From Curvularia clavata (Eukaryota): 64,000 nt of DNA. The position numbers and the translations under genes are program-made. Positions 1-11,164 of this stretch are shown piece by piece. The first letter of the stretch is position 1; every line of letters starts with the position of its first letter. The stretch is from positions 1,240,001 to 1,304,000 of the forward strand of contig CP089280.1 in assembly GCA_023920165.1 (NCBI GenBank). Direction: 5' to 3'. The notes under the pieces are model-generated. The model was not told where the DNA came from, made no database searches, and worked only from the letters and a program-made list of their open reading frames with translations.

Positions 1-469
1 TAGCATATCGACATCAGTTGTGGGCCAGCCATGGCTCAGCACATTGGCCTTTCAAAATTAATTACACTCGCTGGCAAGACAGGCTCCACGCCGCAAATGT
101 AACACAGCATTAGATCTACGGCTAAACTAAGCGCCCGCCCTAGCCCCTCACTCTGGGTTACCCTATTCAGTTAGTCAACAGACGCCTATTAAGTGTTGGC
201 GTCGATAAGGCAATATTGCTGCCTAGTCGCTTAGAAGGTCACCGGTGAGAGCTCGCTTCAGGCTTGATGTTCGCCAATTATTTATTCTTGATGAATCCGA
301 GTTAAAATGATGTTTTTTTACTTCAACGTTGTTTCTTCTATCGGCCTGTTCACTATCCACATAACTCTCTAGCATCACATTACACCTAGGCGCCAAAAGT
401 GTTACGCGGAGTTTGAATGTGTACCTAATCACCATATCCTAATCTCCTTTTGCAATTTACCGTAATACG

Positions 470-2412
470 ATGAGCACTGTTCGTTTTTCTTCTCACTCCT
501 GCGAGGAATGTGAAAAGATTGTGATCGATGGTACTGGTCCCCCATTCGGCCAGTGTTCTTATTTTCCTCATGGCGAAGTGCAAGAACTTAGCCAAAGCTG
601 CGATCTTTTCAAATGGGCTCTGAAATCGTCAGATGAGCCTCTATATGAATCAAACAAGTTGCGGTTTTCTATATCGGACGCTTGTGAGGATCTTAAATAT
701 CTCAACGTGGAGTGGATGGACGAGGAGAACGAACCCGTGTCAGAATTTGCTACAAATCCGCAACTGCACATTTTCAGTGAGGAAGGTAAGTTGTTAACCG
801 GTATGTGCTATACTCATGACTAACAAACACAGATGACCCCGCTGCTAAGTACATCAAGGCAAGACCCCTCGCACTGTCACCAGGGATATCAGATGACCCA
901 GGATGGTGTTTGAAACTCTACAAAGATTGCTTAAAGCACAAAGCGTGTAAGGCATTCATGGAAAAGAACAGAAACAACATAGCACCTGCACGTCTTCTCG
1001 ATGTTCGATCAAATTCACAGTTGCGTTTGTACACAGTTCCTCAGGGAGAACACCCTCTCTATGCAGCACTGAGCTACTGTTGGGGCCGTTCACAGCAGCA
1101 GCAAGATACAAAGACAACGATAGCGAATGTTCGGGATCGACGTGGTGGAATCGATATACGCCAGCTACCACAATCGATAATAGATGCAGTCGAAGTGACC
1201 CGGAGACTGGAGTTGTCTTATCTTTGGGTGGATGCGCTCTGTATCCTCCAAGATCATGAAATTGACCGTAAATCGGAGATGTCAAAAATGGCAAGCATAT
1301 ATCGGGGAGCCACTATTACCATCTCAGCAGCGAGCGCTGATGATAGTACGGAAGGGTTCCTTAGGAATTACAACCCCAGGAAAGCGTATGGCAGTCTGTT
1401 TCGGCTTCCTTATCACAATAAGCATGCTGGAGGTGTGGTAAAAGGCTCGGTGTTTCTCTCTGAGCGCCCTGTTGCAGATATGTATCAAGAAAATATCGAC
1501 AGAAGAGCATGGACAATGCAGGAAGATATGCTTTCGCTCCGTCTCTTACGATTCGGTTCAGGGAAGACGACCTGGCGATGTCCAACCTATCCTAATGCCA
1601 AAAAGATTTATGGAGGAGATGTTCCAGGGGTAAACAATAAGGACCCCAATTTTTGCGTAAGTAGCCCTTACCGAATCGCCCAAGTGCGGTCAAATATCTC
1701 GGCTTTTGGCCCATGGGGTAGCCAGGAAGACTGGCTCAGAGCTATTAGAGAGTATACACTTCGAGAACTTTCGAACCCAAACGACAGACTCCCAGCTTGC
1801 GCAGCGCTTGCAGAAAATTTTGCGGCTGTGATGGACTTCACTTCATCCGACTACCTTGCAGGATTGTGGAAAAACAATATCCATATGCATCTTTTATGGC
1901 ATCGACTAGAGGGAAAAAAAGCGGAATCGATATTTAATCCCACCTGGTCCTGGGCATCTATCGACGGACCGATAGGTTTCCTGGGCTTTGCGCTATCAGA
2001 GCCCACTCCCGGTGCCAAAAATGCAAAGTATGTCAGCAGCTCTATGAAATACGAGTTCGATAATCACAAGTACTCTGGAGTCATAGAGGGCAGTCTCAGG
2101 CTGAACGGTCGATGGAAATATGCATACTGGGATTCTTACTTTCTTAGGCGAAGCAGCGATGATGCTGACGTTCTGCCCTTGACGATATATTGGGACGAAA
2201 ACGATGGCAATTCATCAGATGTCCCTAAGTCGAGAATGATGTGTTGTTTTGAAGTATCTGGGTCAAATCATGATTCGTTGGGCCTAGTGCTTATAGGAGA
2301 CGAAAGCACAGGATTTAGGCGCGCTGGCTGCTTTAAACACATTCAAAATGCCATGTCAGTCATTAGATCCTTCTTTGACGAGACTGAACCCCGGGATATT
2401 GTAATTTACTAG
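470..2412 (+). CDS. HET-domain (heterokaryon incompatibility, PF06985-type) protein
   Basis: Exons 470-785 and 833-2412 (intron 786-832, GTAAGT..CTAAC..CAG) join in frame. Motifs YAALSYCWG, LPQSIIDAV, YLWVDALCILQD, MASIY, RAWTMQE and YLAGLW are diagnostic. Confidence 0.93.
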
Positions 2413-2574
2413 GTACCTGTAATTGCTACTCGTTTGATCGATGTGGTTGCATTAGTCACGAAGAATTTAATTTGCGAACAAAGATATTCGTGAGGTTGCG
2501 CTTAGCATGAACCGGGTTTCGCTAGTGACTGTAATGGCAACTAATTAACTGATTACATTTAATAATCCTGTAGT

Positions 2575-3193
2575 ATATCATAGGCCCCTCGGGAGCTCTC
2601 CAGGCTGATCTAACCTGGTCTTCAGCCTCCGCTTCACCCTGCCTCCGGATCTTGGCAGCTGGTCGCTCCACGTCCGCACCCTTACGCTTTCTTCCATGCT
2701 TTGCATTACCTTTAGATACCTAAGCTGCTTTCTTCTGAGCACGCTTTGCTCGGGCTTCTTCAAGTTCGTTGTAACCCATAACCGTCGCCTTCCCTAAAAT
2801 ATCCGCCTTGGCTCACCGACGAACCTTGGCTTCTTCGTTAATCTTTATTTGAGATCGGCTCTGGTCCCGCCGGAGGATCCTCTTGGAAAATGATAGGTGA
2901 GCAGCCTTTGAGAACTTCTGTAAGTGCTTCTGCAGGCACCGCTTACTACTCTGATTAAAGTATTGAGCCTTTTAGTTGATTATGATATCCTGCGGCGATG
3001 CTAGTTCCTGTGTTATTGCAGGTGTCACAGGCAATCGAGTGGTGTCTTCTGAATTCGGAAAAGCGGGTGCCTCATTCGTTTCGACGAGAGTTGGTTCATC
3101 AGGTGGCTTCGGCATGCTTCGGAGCAGTTTATCTGGGTTGAACGGAAACAAACCGCATGCAGAAAATCCAGACCTGATGTTCCTTACTAGAAG
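2575..3193 (-). mobile_element. Degenerate pogo/Fot1-type (Tc1/mariner superfamily) transposase, C-terminal remnant
   Basis: Manual translation of the minus frame from 3184: RNIRSGFSACGLFPFNPDKLLRSMPKPP...QKHLQKFSKAA...NEEAKVRR*AKADILGKATVMGYNELEEARAKRAQKKAA*...GRKRK...WRAP. In-frame stops at 2974-2972, 2815-2813 and 2722-2720. Not in the ORF track. Confidence 0.82.
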
Positions 3194-3699
3194 TTATTTC
3201 AAAATTACAATTTCGGTTATCTTCCGTCTTTTTGGTTGTTAAGCTTCAGGGGCTAGTTAATACGACATTGTGCACACTCAAGTCAGCAGTGCGAGTGCAG
3301 GGATAGCTAACCGCCAGTATATAAAGTAGCGCAAACGAGTGGAGTGTTGGAGCAACCAGAGGGCTTGTGAAAGGCCTTGGTTCTACATATGTATTGATAT
3401 AGCGTGTCGTTCAAGGTTAGACAGGTTGTTGGAGAGAATTTAGTTAGCGCATTTGACGAGAAGGGCTGTTTTGATACAGTCGCAAGCAGAATCGGTTTCC
3501 GGCTGATTTATTTCTTAGCGCACGGTTCCTACTACATGCCGAGGAACCTACTATGCGAAGAGACATGGAGGGTACTTCAACTTATATCAATCAGAAACAC
3601 GTGAATATTTAGCGGGATCATCCATAAGTCATGGGCTGTACCTATAACCAGATATCTAGGCCCTCTGATTTCTAAAAATTACACTGCTGTACACCCACA

Positions 3700-4739
3700 T
3701 CAAGCCACATAGTCCCTTGTCACTCTCCAGAAATCTCCTACAAATTCGCCCCCCTCTTCCATGTACTTGACAAATTCATCACTTTTTCCGATGGTGTCAA
3801 TCTCGCAGACGATATATTCAACCACCAGTTTCCTTAGGTCATCGATAGTTCCGTCATAGCTTCTATTCGGCAGATCTTGGTTCCAGTACGCATATCTTGC
3901 GAGCTCAATAATGTCTCCAACCCGCTTTGTGTACAACTTGAAGTTCATCAGTGTCTTATGCAGCTTGTAGAGGGTTAGCGCTTTGAGAGCCGTTATTAGG
4001 CGTAGATGCGCAAAACAGTACAGCCTTGCGTGAGCGAGGAGGACTGGCGTGAAGTTTTGGTCTGCGGCACTATTGGATTTGGGTTCAAAGTGCTGCAGGA
4101 TCAGATCTTTGGGGCCGCCATTGTTCAGGTAGTTTCGGCTATTAAACTGTGTCCGTAACAAGGTCTTCGAGATGGTCCTTGCTTTGTATTGAGACTCAAA
4201 ATCCAGCTGGGCGCTAGGTTCTTCGCATGCCGGGGCTTCTTCAGGGTAATCTTCCATGATAGGAGGTTCAGGAACGGGTTCTGATGCAGCATTGGGTTCA
4301 TCCCAGATAGCAGCCACTCGCCCCTTCCTAAACTTTGACTTCTTCCTATCCTTCTTAGATATCGGAGCACAATCCCCACAGCTATCGTAGTCCTCATTCT
4401 GCCGGTTTCTGTCGGGTGTAGAGTTCGGTTCTGGCAGGACTTCTTCCCATGGAGGTACCGTATAGTCACCGCGGTAAGCATATTCGCAGAATCGGATGAA
4501 GTCGTCAACCTTTACATCTTCAATCTTCGCACATCGCGTCTCAGATTCCTGCATTCCACCATTGATGAGTGCATCTAGCTGATGACTGGTAGCAGCAATC
4601 GCGGCCGCATGCACCACGATTGGCTTTCCCTCCTCGCCTACGAAGAAGGTGAATTGAGGTGATAGAATAAAGCTGCCGGACTTTAGCTTAAGCGGGTCGT
4701 TATTAGAGATGGGAATTACCTCTCGAAGGTTGAAGCCAT
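3700..4739 (-). CDS. BTB/POZ-domain protein (fungal type)
   Basis: Exon 4739-4720, intron 4719-4673, exon 4672-3700. Gives MASTFESFILSPQFTFFVGEEGKPIVVHAAAIA...GMQES...F.RFCEYAYRGDY and C-terminal LLAHARLYCFA. Confidence 0.85.
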
Positions 4740-5794
4740 TTGTATATACCAGACTTCGGACGACTTTTGCAAAGTAAACAGTAGGGAAGTCAGCTTTCGG
4801 CTGAAGTCAATTCGCAATGTGGAAGACTTAAGAAGAAGACGAGAAGATGCGGGGTTGCACGGCAAGCAGATACGTGCTACGTATTGACTGGTTCTCGAAT
4901 GCTGAAAATGTAACACAGCATTATCGCTAAATGCGATGGCGTCCAACAGTGTTTGTCGCTGAGTTTTGCCGGCTGCATCTCGCCGGGAAGCCTCAATTTT
5001 CGACACAAGTCGACTTGAAGCCAGCGCCTAGTGGGGAACCAGGTTAACAGATCTGAGAGGGTGCACCAAACATGTAATAATTACATCTATCCAAAGTTGA
5101 GTTATATCCGCTCAAGTCTTGATCCGCAAGGTGCTGTTGACTGATTTCTAGTACAATAAAACCGTTGTACCCCGCAACTGCACGTCATATTGGTGTGAGC
5201 GAAGGCACTTACCGGGACCTTGCCTCATGGATTTCAATCAGTGAATACTGATTTAACCCGCCATGATTACGAAACTACGACTGCAATGGACTAGTACTGA
5301 AAGGGAATCGCTCTTGTTATGTACTAGGTTAGACGATGGTTGAGAAACAAATCAAAGAGCAAAACCGGAAACTGATTCTGCTCGCGACTGTATGACGGGT
5401 GATTGTTATTCGATCTTACTTGCTGAAAGCCGTTCTGCTCACACAGCTATTAATGAGTCAGCTATTCGGGCCTTGCATGCTTAATCATAGGAAAACAAAG
5501 ATTACGCAACGCTTGCCAGAACGAGTAAGACCACTATCGCCTTAACATATCAATCCCTAGCAACCTCGCATCAAATCTTTGGGATCACCAATCACAACTG
5601 CCTCAGAAACATCTGCCAGCGGTAACAATAGTTTCTACAAGCTATCACTCATCACCGGCGTCGATTCGGCACCTACAGAGCCACTGTTTCGGCCCTGGCA
5701 GGCAGAGACAGACAAAACCTGCGCGCATCTTCACCCACACTTAGCCTTGTGTGATCTGCTATACTTAATTTAAGGGCAGACCAAAGGAATTGGT

Positions 5795-7791
5795 TCATTT
5801 TGCAACAGCTGCAATGTCACGATCCTCAGGTAGAATTCTCACAGCCCCTACATCATCGCCATTGTCCAACTCTTTATATAAACACCTCACCCTCCTTAGT
5901 CCTAGCTCTTTGCGCACGTAGGTCTCCATGTCTTTCTCATGAACGCATTGAAAAAGAGGGGCGTCGAAGATATGCGCAACATCGAGAGGATTGAACGATC
6001 GGAGAACCAATATCTCGCTTCTCGCCTTCCAGTAGAGCGGCACAATAGCTACGACAGCAAGAAGGCTGCAAACAATGGCACATGTGAGAAACGGGATGCT
6101 CACATTGTAGATGGCAACTTGTCTCTGGCCGATAAGTTCAACATTTTGCGTCCAATTTTGAGCTCGTGACAGGCCTTCCTGCGCAAGTTCGGCATTTCCG
6201 AAAAGTAGAACAGGGTCAGAGACAGTAGCCGCGACCACGGCAGTACGGAATGCCATCTCACGAAGTCTGTCAAGGACGAATTGGGTAGGGTCTCTAAAGG
6301 TAGTGCTGCAGTTGACGTCATTGATATCCCCGTCGATGAAGCGCTTAGCAAGCAAGTGACGCATGTTGGCGCTACCAAACACTCCACCTTTTTTGCCACT
6401 TGAATATATGTCTATCTCTTCGTTAAACTCAGCCATGAACCATGAGACCCAGTGTACGGTCGGACCCCAGGGGTATGCGAAGTCCTGGGTTGGAGCAAAG
6501 GTAGTGGGGAAACTCCAGGTCGGGCTGGAGAATTCAGTCAGTTGGAACACTTCAGAGAATAGGTGGAAGTTAGCACATACGTTTGAAAGAGGACGTTGTC
6601 GTCCTGCCAACTCTGATTTCTCAGGCTCAAGATTCCGTTGCTGAGAATGACGTTATACTCAACAACGGCGTGATGCAGCGAGCACTTGTGAATGGAGAGA
6701 TTTCCACCGCAGACGGATTCGGACTTGAAGAGATTAGTTATTTGAAACCAGCCTTGCTGGTCTGCCGAGACCTGGGCCTCGCGAGCCACATCATCTAGTG
6801 AGCTGTTGAATGTCAACTCCTGTATTTGGCCTGGCAGAACGGCCGAGCTATTGAATGATGGTACCGCACTCCCAATTGACGTATCAGGTCCTTGGTACAT
6901 CTGTCTGAGCACGCTATCGGATGAATTGTCCCATGGAATATTGGACACGTCTGAACATTTTATCTCAAAACCGTAGCCCTAGCACGTATTAGCTTGAGGC
7001 TATAATCAGACCGTAGCACTCACATTGACTTTGCCTTCACACTTATCACCACATTCCTTTTCAACGTTTGTGATGTTGATAAGTATAGGTGCTCGGTCCA
7101 TATAAGCATTGTAAGCTGCATCGAAGAGCAACGGATTTCCAACGGAGCCTTGGAACAAGAAATTTGGCGGGATAAGCTGAGCGACCTTAAGCTCCTGCTT
7201 TCCAACTATGTACTGTACAGCATTGCCATCGACCATTGAAGCGCGCTGGAATAGTGGGCCACGCAAGGCTGAGATGAAGCATAGCACCGAAACGACCGCT
7301 AGACCATCGCCTCGAAGATAAAAGAGGTTCTTGAGTGCTCCCAGAATGGACTGCGATTCGTACAAGTCGTACATCTTGCGTAGCGTAGTCCCTTGGGCTG
7401 CTGTGCGCCAGTACGTCATCTCAGCGGCTTTTGCGAGGGCAAACATGGTCAATCCGTCCATGATCGTTGACAAGACGGAGAGCCAAACCTGGGGTTGGAT
7501 TTGCATATTTTGAACTCTCCATCGCTCGATCGGTGAGCCGCGGCTCGCAAGCAGCACGCCCACTGCAGTGCCTGTGAGAAGAATAATGGCAAGCAAGGCC
7601 GCCGGACAGTGTAGTGGTAGCGACGTTGGTTGAAACGTTGGGCATGTAACTTTCATGTTGCTTTTGACTTCATCTAATGTCGTTCTGTCGTGTAACGATC
7701 GCAATTCTACATCTGTACTGGTGTTAGATGTCTGAGCGGGATCGTGTTCGTGAACTCGTGTATACGAGGATCTAACACGCGGAGTTGTCAT
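5795..7791 (-). CDS. Uncharacterised membrane protein, DUF3176-like (N-terminal TM helices, luminal domain, one C-terminal TM)
   Basis: Three exons (introns 7023-6979 and 6580-6525) join in frame. Hydrophobic helices, PQVWLS, GPLFQRAS, C-terminal SFNPLDVAHIFDAP. Confidence 0.7.
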
Positions 7792-8888
7792 AGCTGATCG
7801 ATCCTGATTTTTAGTCCTAGTGCCCTATTACACTACTTGGAATACTCTGCGGTCGCAAATATCCATAGTTTTGGGGAGCGTCTTATTTGTTATAGGTGAG
7901 GCCCAGGTGGCACGGTTCCTAGAGACTTGCTATGGGCCCCCAATATGACCGAGTATGCATGATGTTGTGCACTAGTTTGTTTCAGATGTCTTGTCGAATT
8001 TTGAAACCGTGGCAGTGCTGTGCAGAGTTACCTTTTACTTGTAAGTGTCAAGCCCTTCGACTACCGGGGCTCTTGACCAACTGCACCGCTACGTGCCCTA
8101 ACCCGTGTCTTTATACCTATAATCTCCAGAATCCTCATGTTGCGTAATATAGGCAGGCAGAGGTAAGAGTCGCAGAGCAGCAGGATACGTTTCTGCTATG
8201 CACACACATAAAGCACATCAAGCAGGCTGTGAGCGGGTAATTGATGGGTGTGTATGGCTGGGGAGTTCCGCTGTGCTTAGCCGCAAGCCTCGTGCGCAGC
8301 GAATCTGGGCGCGTAGCAACGGGGTTACTGCATGCCCAAAGGCGCTAGAGAGCCCCAATGCGCTGTAACGCTTTTGGCGATCATCGTTTTCGTCGGTAAA
8401 ACCATTAGAATGTGCAACTATTGGTTAAGCTAAATACCGTTTAGATCTCAGGGATCTATTTTCTTTGGAATCTGCTTTCTAACAGACTCTCTAGTCTTTG
8501 TGGATATCCTCTATATTGTGAATAGATAGAGGTATTAACAAGAGATCTATTAATTGTATTGAAGAAACGATTGATAGAAAGGGCAACATTGCGAAAACTT
8601 GGGCTGGAGGTTGACGCCCTAGGAGAGAACTAGAACTAGAATATTAATATTTTTACTAATCCTAATTTCATAATTATGTAAAGAAGAAATAGTGAAGCTC
8701 TGAAGCGAAAACTGTCCCGTTGAACTGTGCGTGCTAGCACGCTTGGATCGACATTACTAGGCACAGGCTCGGGTGGAAAGAAGGTGTGCTATACTTGCTA
8801 TCTTGGCTTATGATACAAATTGGTGAGAAACGCAGAACACAACGCATACAAAAATAAGCCGTCTGTATACCTGCCCCGATGATGCCAC

Positions 8889-9663
8889 TCAGATCGGCGT
8901 AACATAGATGTAGTATCTGACATCGTTGGTCAGGCCACCTGGGTGCGTCAAGAGCTGTTGCTCAATGTACTTGACGCCATTGATGTAGTCTGCAAGATAG
9001 GTCAGCGTGACACTTATCACATAGTTCAGAGCGTAAAGATACTTACTATGAATGTCCTCAGTGTCTGGGTTCTTAAAACCCGTTTCGCCGTTGCGGTGAC
9101 CAGCGAGCCACTTGTCGCGTCCGTAGTGAGACCGGCACTCTTTCAAGCATTTAACATCGGCTTCAAGGTTTGAGCTGCAGACTGTGAGCACTTTCTCTAC
9201 CTCTCTGCCGCAGCGCGTTTTTGCAAGGAGTTCCTTACTTCAGAACAGCTCCATCGTTCCAGTTAGATTGCGGCTGTCCCTTGAAGCGGCTACAGCAGAC
9301 CCGCAGCACGCCCCAGTTCTGCTTGAAAATCCCGAAGTTGGCAGAATCATTCTGCTTGTTGTCGCCGTAAGCATACTGACATTGAATGTGTATGGTTAGT
9401 AAAAGTCTAAGTTACAAGGTTGGAGTTTAGAGGCAGGCGCTCACGGTTGTGTTCATGCCATCAGTTTCAAGCATGGCGATGGCGAGATCGAACGAGTTGG
9501 CCCCGGCGGCAGTGACCTGCGCCTTTCGAGCCCCAAGTCCTGGCACAGTGTAGGAGCCTTTTTGCTGGCGGGCTTGCAGATTCGCAGACGAAGCAGCTCC
9601 AGGAACGGCGGCAGCAGAAGCACCTGCAGCGAGCAGAGCGACTGTGATTGCAGAGATCCTCAT
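8889..9663 (-). CDS. Secreted GH134 beta-1,4-mannanase
   Basis: Four exons (introns 9444-9376, 9238-9175, 9046-8990). Signal peptide, then GSYTVPGLGARK, DLAIAMLETD, YAYGDNKQNDSANFGIFKQNWGVLR and WLAGHRNG, matching GH134 as I recall it. Confidence 0.88.
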
Positions 9664-10606
9664 GTTCGTGTTTAAAACGGTTGGGCGACGGCAAAGAAGT
9701 TGTCAGTAGGTGTTTATGTCTTATTGAGGCTCTAAAAGGACGAGGCATAGCTGATAGCTTTATAGCTCAGCAACAAGGGACGTGGCCAGGCGGCCTCATG
9801 GTGCAAGTACTGTTCATCTCATCCACATGTACTCTCATACGACATGTGAATCTATTTCTAACGGGAGTGGAGTTGATCACAGGCGTGCTTAAGCCTCCCG
9901 CCCTGCTGTAATTAACAATACGAAGATAGAGACGGCAGGCGACTCGATAGTTTAGCATGGTCTGAGAGTGGAGTCGCAATCTAAGCGAATTTCTTTATGG
10001 GATTCATGTTATTTTCTTACAATCATCAAGGTATCTTGGCAAGGGGAATCCGAAAAGGGTACGGAGCAAGCGTTCCGTTACCTATTAGAACAATTGTGGA
10101 GCCCTACGTAAGAACAAGCTCACCAAGAATAAGCACATGGTTTCATGCTTAGTTTCACCGCTACACTCAATGATTCTCATCGTTGCATTACGTATACATC
10201 AGGAAATCGATTAGCAAGATCTCTGTCGAAAGTGGCGGTTATTATGAAAGATGGTGAGCTCGAAAGTCCATGCCTTCAAGCCGCTGGTAGAAGATATTTC
10301 CACCACCTAGCTTATCTACCTTCACTCGAAGCTTCCAAACTGGTGATATCAAAGGACTAATCTTGTTTTCCAGCTCAGCTTTCGATCCTAGCGTCAATCT
10401 TATTTTAGTCTTGTCCTTCCTCAGTCTATTGGCAGGCATACCGCACCGCCTGTCAGACGATCATGCGATAGAAGGAGCGCTAACAATCGCTCCTTCATCA
10501 TAATATCATGGTGCGGATGCTTGCACTGTGGATTTCGCCTCGTAGATTCACCTCGCGACGTGTTTCGATCTCTTGAGCGGCCTGAACCCCTGTCCTACCT
10601 TCCAGA

Positions 10607-10939
10607 ATGCTACACTACTTCCAGCACTCCAACCTCATCTCTGAAAAAGAATTGTCGATTCTCAACCAACTGCCCAAAAGAAACTGCAGTTAGTCGCAGT
10701 TTACAAAGCAAGTCCCGGTAGAAGAATGGGGCTTGTACTATGAAGAAAGTTGGAATTTGGGGTCGATGATCGTAGTGTTTGTTGGTATGACGATGTGTGC
10801 AAGTCTGGTGTTTGGTGTTTGGTGGACGCTGGCGAGGGCGGATATACAGGGTGCGTGGGGAGTGAGTTCGTATATGATTACAGCGTGTGCACTTGTTGTG
10901 GGTTTGGTTAGTATAGTTGGTCGTGCGAGTGGAGGATAA
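10607..10939 (+). pseudogene. Decayed gene remnant encoding a two-TM C-terminus
   Basis: Frame from 10607: MLHYFQHSNLISEKELSILNQLPKRNCS*SQFTKQVPVEEWGLYYEESW, then two TM helices. In-frame TAG at 10691-10693; no intact upstream frame. Confidence 0.55.
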
Positions 10940-11164
10940 GATCTTCCTGCGATAACAAAAAGACAGAAAAGAAAAGACTAGGTTATGCATTGGAGTCAGT
11001 ACACTGGAGCAGAGACATATAAAATCTTTGCTATTTCCGCTCTAAGTTCATCAATCATTTTATCGCTTATAGCTCAATCTATGCACGAAGCAATATCATC
11101 CTTCTATCCATTCCCATCCCAACCCTGGAAAAATAGCGATCGTCTACGACAAACCCCTCCGAAT

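Noticed and set aside
2413..2560. Possible terminal inverted repeat (e.g. CTGATTACAT near 2549)
   Set aside because: No matching partner found, and the orientation does not fit the relic.
2578..2763. 61-aa minus ORF and the 2976-3242 plus ORF
   Set aside because: Alternative or antisense frames of the transposase relic.
8440..8700. AT-rich patch with AGATCT/TAGA words; similar patch at 29300-29450
   Set aside because: Might be RIP-eroded repeats, but no TIR, target-site duplication or mutual alignment could be shown by eye.
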